Source of the DNA: an uncultured delta proteobacterium
GTDB taxonomy: Bacteria > Myxococcota_A > Polyangia > Palsa-1104
Direction: 5' to 3'
DNA length: 64,000 nt
Assembly (NCBI GenBank): GCA_963785725.1
Contig: CAWAWS010000017.1
Coordinates: 32,001 to 96,000, forward strand
Position numbers and translations under genes: made by a program. The notes below the pieces were generated by a model. The model was not told the origin of the DNA and made no database searches. It saw only the letters and a list, made by a program, of their open reading frames with translations. Below, in pieces: positions 54,691 to 64,000 of the stretch (within the stretch, counting starts at the first letter, position 1; each line of letters opens with the position of its first letter).

Positions 54691-55602
54691 GTGAGCCCGT
54701 TCGACCCGCACTTCGGCGCCATCGACGTGGGCAGCAACGCCGCGCGCCTGAAGATCGCGCGCTTTGCCGGCGGCGGGCTGCATGTCGTGCACGCGGAGCG
54801 CGTGCCCATCGCCAGCGGCGCGGCGGTCTTTCGCGACGGGCTCATCGGCGCCGACGCCGGCCGTCAGCTGGTCGAGACGCTCGCACGCTTCGCCGAGACG
54901 TGCCGCTTTTATCGCGCCGGCGTGCGCGCCGTCGCCACCAGCGCGCTGCGCGGCGCCGCCGATCGCGACACCGTCGTCACGCGCGTCTACGACGCGACCG
55001 GCTTCACGCTCGAGGTCGTCAGCGGTCTCGACGAGGCGCGGCTCGCCTGTCTCGGCGTGCGCGGCGGCGCCTTGCGCGACGAGCGCGCGCTGTGCATCGA
55101 CGTCGGCGGCGGCTCGACCGAAGTCGTCCTCGCGCGCGGCGAGCAGCCGGAGCGGTCGTGGAGCGGCGAGCTCGGCGCCGTGCGGCTCGCGCAATCTTAC
55201 GGCGACGACCTGACCGCGCTGCGCGCCGCGTCCGCGCACGCCGTCGCCGAATTGGCCGGCGATGCCGTCGCCGCCGCCGATCTGCCGACGGCCATCGGGT
55301 GCTCCGGCAGCGTCCGCGCGCTCATCGATTTCGCGACCGAGCGCGCTCGCGACTGGGCCACCGTGCACGAGCTCGGCGGCGCCGCCGAAGAGCTGGCGCG
55401 CATGAAGGCCAAGCGGCGCTTGCGCTTCTTCTCGCCGGCGCGCGCGCAGGTCATCGTGCCCGCGGCCGCGATCTTGGAAGCCGTGCTGCGCCGCTACGGT
55501 GTCTACGCCGTGCGCGCCACGCGTCGCGGGCTGCGCGACGGCATCCTGCTCGAGCTCGCCCGCGCGTCGGTCGTCACGCCCGCGCAGCTCGCCCGCGGCT
55601 GA
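54691..55602 (+). CDS. Ppx/GppA-family phosphatase (short form, no HD domain)
   Basis: AIDVGSN, VATSALR, SGLDEA, IDVGGGSTE, GLRDG. Confidence 0.88.
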   Translation: MSPFDPHFGAIDVGSNAARLKIARFAGGGLHVVHAERVPIASGAAVFRDGLIGADAGRQLVETLARFAETCRFYRAGVRAVATSALRGAADRDTVVTRVYDATGFTLEVVSGLDEARLACLGVRGGALRDERALCIDVGGGSTEVVLARGEQPERSWSGELGAVRLAQSYGDDLTALRAASAHAVAELAGDAVAAADLPTAIGCSGSVRALIDFATERARDWATVHELGGAAEELARMKAKRRLRFFSPARAQVIVPAAAILEAVLRRYGVYAVRATRRGLRDGILLELARASVVTPAQLARG

Positions 55603-55661
55603 CCCATCATCCTCGGCACAAGCGGCGCGAGCCGGCTCATTTGTTGTTAGGATGGCGGGAG

Positions 55662-57054
55662 ATGCGGCCGGCTCCTCGCTTGCGGGCCATCGACGGTGGT
55701 CGATGGGCGCTCCTCCTCCTGGCGTTGGCTGCCAGCTGTACGCCGATCGAGCACGCCTTCTCGTGCCACGGCGACGACGCCACCTGCACCGGTCCCATCC
55801 TCGGCAAGTGCCAGCCGACCGGCTGGTGCAGCTTTCCCGACACGATGTGCCCGAGCGGTCAGCGCTACGGTGAGTTCGCCGGCGGTCACCTCGCCAACAG
55901 CCTGCGTCGGCGGCACCAACGACGGCGGCATCGGCGACGGCAGCGACGGCGGCGGCACCTCCTGTCCGCTCGGCGACGCCTGCTGCAGCGGCATGACCTG
56001 CGCCGCGCCGTTGACGTGCAATGCAGGCAACGTCTGCGCAGGCTGCGTCATCGCCATCGCGCTCGGCGACAACCACGGCTGCGCGCTCGAGGCCGACGGC
56101 ACCGTCTGGTGCTGGGGCAACAACGACCACGGCCAGCTCGGCGACGGCACGACGACGACGCGTCCGGCCGCCGTGCAGGTCGTCGACAATCACGGCGACG
56201 CGCTCACCGGCTTCGTCGCCATCACCGCCGGCGCCAACCACACGTGCGGCCTCATGACCAACGGCGTCGCGCTGTGCTGGGGCGACGGCACCAACGGTCA
56301 GCTCGGCGTCGGCACCAACCTCGCCGTCAACGGTGTGCCCGCGGCCGTCGGCATTCAGCCGATCGGCTCCATCGCCGCCGGCGGCCAGCACACGTGCGCG
56401 TCGATCGGCACCGGCGGCGGCACGGGCGCCTTCCTCGTCTGGTGCTGGGGCGCCAACGATGCCGGGCAGCTGGCGTCGCCGAGCAACCCGTCGGGCAAGA
56501 ACATGCCCGTCGCCGCCGTCGACAAAGCGGGCGTGCAGCTGCTCGGCACGATGCTCTCGGGCGGTCTCAGCCACACCTGCATCCTCAAGATGGACGGCAC
56601 GACGTGGTGCTGGGGATCCGACACGATGGGCGAGCTCGGCGACGGCGCCTCCGCGGCATCGAGCCCGCCGGTGCAGGTCGCGGCCATCGGCACGCACGCT
56701 CGCGCGCTCGCCGCCGGCAGCCACTTCACGTGCGCGCTCCGCGACGACGGCACCGTCGACTGCTTCGGCCAGAACGATCGCGCGCAGTCGGGGCAGCCCG
56801 ACAGCGCCACGCCCGTCGACGTCGCCACCTCGGTCGGCTTGGCGGGCGCGACGTCGGTCGCCGCCGGCGCGACGCTCGGCTGCGCGCGCCTGACGGGCGC
56901 GACGCTCGACTGCTGGGGTAACGACGCCACCGTCGGCGCGGTCAAGACCAGCGGCGCCGCCGGTGCCGTCGCCGTCGGCGCCAACGATCGCTGCCAGGCG
57001 CGCGCCGACGGCGTCGACTGCGTCGTCGCCAACCCGCGCCTCAGCTGCCCCTGA
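55662..57054 (+). CDS. Cys-rich lipoprotein with RCC1 repeats (1-bp insertion near 55901)
   Basis: LAASC lipobox; repeated HTC..CWG.N..GQLG; frames join as LANS-CVGG. Confidence 0.82.
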
Positions 57055-57073
57055 TCGCAGTCGCGCTAGGTGT

Positions 57074-57793
57074 TCAACGACGGCGCGAGACCGCGACGAA
57101 GCGGCCGATGGCGCCGACGACGAGCGCGCCGCCGACGCTGACGCAGATGATGCCGGCGATGCGCTCGTTGCCGTAAGCGTCGGCGCTGCCGCCGTGCGCG
57201 GCGAATTGGCCGTACTGCGTCGCGTCGGCGAGCGAGCGCGCGCCCGCTTCGCCGATGCCCCACAACGCCGCGCCGGCGCCGGCCACCGCCACGCCGACGG
57301 CGCCGAGCGCGATTCCGGCGCGATCGCGATACCACGGCGGCGCCGGCGGCAATGGCCGTTCGATCGATGCGGGCGCAGTCGTCGTCGTCGCGGGCGTCGT
57401 CGCGGCAGCTTCAGGCGACGTCTGCGGCGCGGTCAGTCCAGGCGCGACCGTCTCCGGCGCGATCGACGCCAGCAGCTCCTCGCAGCGCGCGAGATTCTGC
57501 CGCGCCGGCGCCGCCGCGCGCTCGCCCGGCGACGTGCGCAAGAACGCGCGATAGCTGGCGACGGCGCCGCGGCAATCGCCGTTCATGCGCTGGGCCTGCG
57601 CCAACGCGTACAAGAATTCGGCGCGTGGCTCGAGCTCGTAACCGCGCTGGAAGCTGGCGATCGCCTCCGGATAATGGCCGACGGCATAGCTGCGCAGCCC
57701 GCGTTCCAGCAGCGTCTCGGCCGGCGACGCCAGCGCCGTCGCGCTCAGCAACAGCACGCACAGGAGGGTGATGACGTTCGTCGGCTTCGTCAT
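57074..57793 (-). CDS. exported TPR protein with C-terminal hydrophobic helices
   Basis: Signal peptide; GHYPEAIASFQRGYEL..LYALAQA; PPWYRD followed by TM segments. Confidence 0.8.
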   Translation of the reverse strand: MTKPTNVITLLCVLLLSATALASPAETLLERGLRSYAVGHYPEAIASFQRGYELEPRAEFLYALAQAQRMNGDCRGAVASYRAFLRTSPGERAAAPARQNLARCEELLASIAPETVAPGLTAPQTSPEAAATTPATTTTAPASIERPLPPAPPWYRDRAGIALGAVGVAVAGAGAALWGIGEAGARSLADATQYGQFAAHGGSADAYGNERIAGIICVSVGGALVVGAIGRFVAVSRRR

Positions 57794-57811
57794 GCGGCTC
57801 GCCTACGACAT

Positions 57812-59343
57812 TTAGCGCGGCGGCAGCGGCGCGTCGAGATCGACGGCCGATTTACCCGATTTACCCGGCGGACGCGTCACCGGCTTGCCATGCGCCGCGT
57901 GCGACACATGATGCTTGTTCGCCCGCTGATTCGTCGTCGGCTTCGGCGCGTGAATCACCGTCGTCGTCGGCGTGGCTTCGGCCGGCTCGTCATTCGTCGG
58001 CGTCGCCGGCGCGTCGACGGTCGGCGCAGTGCTCGGCGTAATCGTTGGCGCCGTAGGCGTGGCGACGGGCGCGGACGGCGTCGGCGTCGACTCGCGTTCG
58101 CGCGTGCGCGCCGCCTTCGACGCGCGATGCAGCTGCCACGCCGCGCCGCCGCCCGCGGCCACCGTCAACAAGCCGACGACCAGCGGAATCGTCCCTCGCC
58201 GCGAACGCCGCGACGCGACGCGCGCCACCCGCGTATGCCGCCCTTGCGCCTCGTCGGCGCCGTCGCTGTCGCTGCTGACGACGGCGCCGATCGAGATCGA
58301 CGCGTACGCCTGCGAGAACACGCCGTCGAACACGGTGGCGCCGCCGAGATCGGCCTCGACCGGGACGAGCTTGGCGGCATCGTAGAGCGTGAACTTTTCG
58401 CTGTCGGCGACCTTGGCGGCGATGGGCGCGAACAGCTTGCGCAGATGCTTGCCCATGCCGACGCCCGACACCGCCAGGCGACTCTCGCGCGCGTAAGCTT
58501 CCAGCGCCAGCTGCAGCTCTTCCATCGTCGCGAAGCGGCCCTGTTTCTCGCGTCGCAGACCGCGCATCACGATCGCTTCCAGCTCCGGCGGACACTCGGG
58601 CCACACCAGCGACGGCTTGGGCGCGTCCGACTCGGCGATCGATTTCATGACGCCGAAGTCGCTGTTGCCGCCGTACAAGCGTCGGCCGGTCATCAGCTCC
58701 CACAGCAAAATCGCCACCGAAAACACGTCGCTGCGGCGATCGACCTCGTCGCCGCGACACTGCTCGGGCGACATGTATTGGATCTTGCCCTTGAGCGTGC
58801 CGTGGCGCGTCTCGGTCGTGCGCCGCTTGGCTTTGGCGACGCCGAAGTCGAACAGCTTGATGCCGCCGTCGAAGGTCACGGCCACGTTCTGCGGCGAGAC
58901 GTCGCGATGGACGATGCCGAGCGTGCGGCCCTCTTCGTCCTTCATTTCGTGCGCGTAGTGCAGCGCCGCCGCGACGCCGATCGTAATCAACAGCGCGTGC
59001 TCGATGGGCAGCTTCTCGCGGCGCGCTTGCAAGGCGCGGATGATCTCGCGGACGTCATGCCCGTCGAGATATTCCATCGCGTAGAACGGCAGCCCATCCG
59101 CCTCGCCGATGTCGTAGACCTGCACCAAGTTCGAGTGATGCATGCGCGCCGCCAGCCGCGCTTCGTCGAGGAACATGCCGACATAGTCGGCGTCGCGCGC
59201 GAGCTCCGGCAGCACGCGCTTGACGACCACCAGCTTCTCGAAACCTTGGATGCCCGAGGCGCGCGCGAGGAAGAGCTCGGCCATGCCGCCGCGAGCCAGC
59301 GGACGGACGACCCGATAGCGGCCGAGGCGCTCGGGCGTCGCGG

Positions 59344-59347
<4 letters not shown>
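57812..59347 (-). CDS. membrane Ser/Thr protein kinase
   Basis: GTGA overlap; [32 protein letters not shown] and Pro/Thr-rich tail. Confidence 0.92.
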
Positions 59348-60648
<1,301 letters not shown>

Positions 60649-60728
60649 CTACGGATCGTACCCCGTTGGAGACGGTACGCCAATCGGTAAACGTGGGATT
60701 TTATGCTTACGACGATCCGCGTCAGACT

Positions 60729-61688
60729 TCAGATGATCGGTGCAACCTTGGAGTTTACGCCTGCGCCGGCGAAGGAGATCGGCTTGTTGGTCGTCGGGTC
60801 GTTGAAGGTGTTGAACAGCGTGCCGACGCCGGTCGTGGGATCGATGGTGATGACATCGCCGCTACCGTCATGCGTGAAGCCGAACACCTGGCCGAGCGCG
60901 AAAGCGGTGCCGTAGAGCTCGGGATAGCCGGTCCCCGAGCCCAGCTTGCTCATGACCTTGCCGGTCGTGGGATCGATCGTCGCCAGGATGTTGTTCTTGC
61001 TCGTCGCCGAGGCGCCGGTGTCGAGGATGGTGCCGAAGAGCATGCCGTTACCGATGCCGACGAGGTCGCCGGCCATCGCCAGCTTGCCGCTCGTGCCGGT
61101 GCCGGCGCCGAGCGAGCCGACGGTCGTCAAGACCGGCGGATTGGCGGTGATGTCGATCTGACAGAACGAGCCGTCGGCGCCGTCGGCGACCCACAGCTTG
61201 CCGTCGTCGGTGGTCGAGAGCGCGACGTTGTCGGTGCCGCAGGTGCTAATGGCGCTGACGAGCGTGACGTGGCCGTCGGTAGGATCGGCCGTGTACAGGT
61301 TCGTCTTCGACACGGTGTAGATCGTGTTGTCGGGCGCGACGGCGAGGTCGGTCATCGTGTCACTGCCGGGCGCGTTGAAGGGCCCGATCGTGACCAGCGT
61401 CTTGGTCATGAGGTTGATCGAGTAGAGCGTCGTGTTGCTGTGCGCGTAGACGGTGTAACAGGCGGCAGGATTGCTCGTGCAGTCGTTGGCGTTGAGGCCG
61501 CCGTCGCCGTTGTTGTTGCTGCCGCCGCCACCGCCGACGTCGCCCCCACCCGCGTCGCCGCCGCCGCCGGCCGTGCCGCCGCCGCCGGCGGTGCCGCCGC
61601 CGCTGCCGCCGCCGTGACCGGCGCCCTGAACCGAGCCGCAGCCGCCGAGGGCCATCATCAAACCGAACGCGAGCATCCGTTGCGCCAT
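60729..61688 (-). CDS. lipoprotein with Gly linker and probable beta-propeller
   Basis: LGGC lipobox; repeated (T/A)(I)DPT(T/D)G blade-like motifs. Confidence 0.75.
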   Translation of the reverse strand: MAQRMLAFGLMMALGGCGSVQGAGHGGGSGGGTAGGGGTAGGGGDAGGGDVGGGGGSNNNGDGGLNANDCTSNPAACYTVYAHSNTTLYSINLMTKTLVTIGPFNAPGSDTMTDLAVAPDNTIYTVSKTNLYTADPTDGHVTLVSAISTCGTDNVALSTTDDGKLWVADGADGSFCQIDITANPPVLTTVGSLGAGTGTSGKLAMAGDLVGIGNGMLFGTILDTGASATSKNNILATIDPTTGKVMSKLGSGTGYPELYGTAFALGQVFGFTHDGSGDVITIDPTTGVGTLFNTFNDPTTNKPISFAGAGVNSKVAPII

Positions 61689-61773
61689 GGTGCGTGTCCC
61701 CTTTGCGTTGCTGATGTCGCGACGTGCCAAGATCCTTCAAAGAAGTCGTAACGCCGCGTGTTAACGTTTCGCC

Positions 61774-63138
61774 GTGCTCTCGCCCGATTCGTGGTCGCTG
61801 GCGATCGCGCTGGCCGTAACGCTCCTGACACTCGCGCTGGCTCGGGCCGATCGCGGCCTCGCGGTCGCGCTGGCGACGCTCGGCCGGCTCCTGACCACGG
61901 CGGGCGTCATCCTGCGCTACGGCGCGCTCGGCGTCCTGCGCAAGCTGCGCGGCGAGCGCGAGGTCGCTCCCGAGCTGTTGCGCCGCGCCTTCGAAGATCT
62001 AGGCCCGACCTACTTGAAGCTGGGGCAGCTCATCGCCTCGTCGCACGGCATGTTTCCGGAGGCCTATTGTCGCGAGCTGTCGAAGACGCTCGATCGCGTC
62101 AAGCCGTTCGCGTTCGCCGAAGTGGAGCGGACGATCGCCATCGAGCTGCGCGCCCAACCGGCCTTGCTGTTTCGCTCGCTCGACGAAAAGCCGCTGGCCT
62201 CGGCGTCGATCGCGCAAGTGCACGCCGCCACGCTCAGCGACGGCAGCCGCGTCGTCCTCAAGGTGCAGCGGCCGCACATCGAGCGGCGGGTCGCGGCCGA
62301 CATGCGCATCTTGCGCATCATCGCGCAGGCGATCGCGCTCATTCCGACGGCGGAGCTGGCCAATCCCGTCGGCATCATCGACGACTTCGACAAGACGCTC
62401 CGTGAAGAGCTCGACTTCCGCAAGGAGGCCGACAACATGGACGAGTTCAACGACATCATGCGCCGGCTCGGCCACGCCGACGTGCGCGCGCCGCGCGTCG
62501 TGCGCGCGCTGACGACGCGGCGGGTGATCACGATGGAGCGCTTCGTCGGCGTGCGCGTCGACGACGTGGCGGCCGTGCAGGCGCGCGCCGTCGACACCGA
62601 GGCGCAGCTCGTCCACGGCCTGCGCTGCTGGTTTCAGTGCATGATCTTGTACGGCTTTTTCCACGGCGACGTGCACGCCGGCAATCTGATGATGCTCGAC
62701 GACGGCACGCTCGGCTTCTTGGACTTCGGTATCATCGGTCGCTTCGACACGCGCACGCGCCAGCTGGTGACGCGCTATCTGATCGCGTTCGCGGCCGGCG
62801 ATTACGCGGCGCTCGTGCAGGTGATGATGTCGATGGGCTCGGTGGCCGGCCATGTCGACACCGCGGCCGTCGCCGCCGATCTGAAGCGCGCCTACGATCC
62901 CATCCTGACGACGAGCTTCGGTGAGCTCAATTACGCCGCCGTGCTGCCGGAGATCCTGCGCGTGTCCATCAAACATCGGATGCGTTTGCCGCGCGAGTTC
63001 GTGCTGGTCACGAAGCAGATGCTTTATTTCGACCGGTACGCGAAATTGCTAGCGCCGAAGCTCAACATTTTCTCCGATCCTCGCTTGATTGCTGCGATTT
63101 CGGAGGATGTGATGCGTTCGCAAATGGCCGCAATATAA
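61774..63138 (+). CDS. AarF/ABC1/UbiB-family atypical kinase
   Basis: LGPTYLKLGQ, ASASIAQVH, KVQRP, FHGDVHAGN, LDFG. Confidence 0.93.
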   Translation: MLSPDSWSLAIALAVTLLTLALARADRGLAVALATLGRLLTTAGVILRYGALGVLRKLRGEREVAPELLRRAFEDLGPTYLKLGQLIASSHGMFPEAYCRELSKTLDRVKPFAFAEVERTIAIELRAQPALLFRSLDEKPLASASIAQVHAATLSDGSRVVLKVQRPHIERRVAADMRILRIIAQAIALIPTAELANPVGIIDDFDKTLREELDFRKEADNMDEFNDIMRRLGHADVRAPRVVRALTTRRVITMERFVGVRVDDVAAVQARAVDTEAQLVHGLRCWFQCMILYGFFHGDVHAGNLMMLDDGTLGFLDFGIIGRFDTRTRQLVTRYLIAFAAGDYAALVQVMMSMGSVAGHVDTAAVAADLKRAYDPILTTSFGELNYAAVLPEILRVSIKHRMRLPREFVLVTKQMLYFDRYAKLLAPKLNIFSDPRLIAAISEDVMRSQMAAI

Positions 63139-63229
63139 TCGGCATTTGTAAGCGTCCCTGCTAGACGGACAACTGCGCCGACTGATACGGTGGATGGACA
63201 GGGCGGGTTTTACTTGGGGGTCGGCGACA

Positions 63230-63790
63230 ATGCGCAGCGTTCAGGTGCAGTTCGCGTCGGGGCGAGAAGTCCTCAACAGCTACTGGGGCTTCCTCCGCAA
63301 CGGAGGCCTGGTGCTGGCTGAGCCGTGGGATCTGACCGAAGGCGACAGCGTCGTCCTCGACGTGCGGATCAAGTCGTTGAAGCGGAGCTACACCTTGGCG
63401 GCGCGCGTCGTCAAGCGGGCGCACGACGGGCAGCGTTCGTTCGTGGCCTTCGAAGCCGGGCAAGAGCAGGACATGATGCTCAACGCCGCGTGGGCCGACT
63501 CCCACGAAGTGCCGCAGCGCAAACATCGCCGCTATCCGTCGGGAAATCAGGTGCTGTACGCCAACGGTGGCGCCGAGACGCCGACGCACGCGGGGCAGAT
63601 TCTCGACGTCAGCCCCGGCGGCTGCAGGTTGCGCGGGCCGCATTTGGTGCCGGTCGGCGGTCGCATTCGCGTCATCGCGCTCGGCATCGAGCTCGACGGA
63701 CAAGTGCGCTGGACCGCCGGCGGACGCGAAATGGGCGTCGAGTTCCAGAAGCCGGCGATGGTCGTTCAAGCGCTGCTCGACACGCATTAG
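63230..63790 (+). CDS. tandem PilZ-like domain protein
   Basis: C-terminal QRKHRR and DVSPGG c-di-GMP motifs; N-terminal PilZ-like domain lacks RxxxR; start uncertain. Confidence 0.82.
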   Translation: MRSVQVQFASGREVLNSYWGFLRNGGLVLAEPWDLTEGDSVVLDVRIKSLKRSYTLAARVVKRAHDGQRSFVAFEAGQEQDMMLNAAWADSHEVPQRKHRRYPSGNQVLYANGGAETPTHAGQILDVSPGGCRLRGPHLVPVGGRIRVIALGIELDGQVRWTAGGREMGVEFQKPAMVVQALLDTH

Positions 63791-63850
63791 CCAGTCGCAA
63801 GTGTGATTCAGGCTCTCGATCGCGCGATCGTTTGGCGCGATGATGGCGTC

Positions 63851-64000
63851 ATGACCGCGCCGTGGTGGGAGTCGTTCTTCGACGATGATTATGCGCGGGT
63901 GTTCGACGCGTCGCTGACGCCGGCGCGCACCGCGCGCGAAGTGGAAGGGCTGCTGGCGCTGCTCGCCCCGCCGCCGAATGCGCGCATTCTCGACGCGCCG
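63851..64000 (+). CDS. class I SAM-dependent methyltransferase (3'-truncated by window edge)
   Basis: Manual translation MTAPWWESFFDDDY..RTAREVEGL..ARILDAP (start of motif I). Confidence 0.7.
   Translation, partial: MTAPWWESFFDDDYARVFDASLTPARTAREVEGLLALLAPPPNARILDAP

Noticed and set aside
61715..61730. sigma54 promoter for the 60729-61688 lipoprotein (TTGGCACG on minus strand)
   Set aside because: The -24 element is perfect but there is no GC at the -12 position

Overview
This is high-GC, gene-dense chromosomal DNA, most consistent with Myxococcota. The evidence is the sucC-sucD-ndk-rlmN block, four Hanks-type Ser/Thr kinases, an FHA-sigma54 activator and an ECF/zf-HC2 pair; the taxonomy is inferred. 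About 55 genes are supported. I saw no rRNA, tRNA, CRISPR array or mobile element. Seven genes carry indels that look like long-read errors (sucC, sucD, emrB, tolC, ligA, a kinase and an RCC1 protein), and so does one cluster gene. The most striking feature is a ~12 kb divergent cluster at 15280-27159. It encodes a TPR-Ser/Thr kinase, a TPR-FHA protein, two uncharacterised proteins, a MoxR/RavA AAA+ ATPase, a lone receiver, a vWA protein with an altered MIDAS, three interleaved exported proteins and a TPR-HEAT protein. It resembles MoxR-vWA 'ternary' conflict systems but has no FtsH-like third component in the cluster. Two of its transcription units share an identical 13-bp promoter motif 8 nt before the start codon. 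Other candidates are a radical SAM enzyme coupled to an L7/L12-CTD protein, a GspS-like ATP-grasp ligase coupled to a large Gly-tailed lipoprotein, frequent leaderless-type promoters, and a sigma54 promoter with tandem enhancer repeats upstream of yceI. All family calls come from motif recognition, not database searches.
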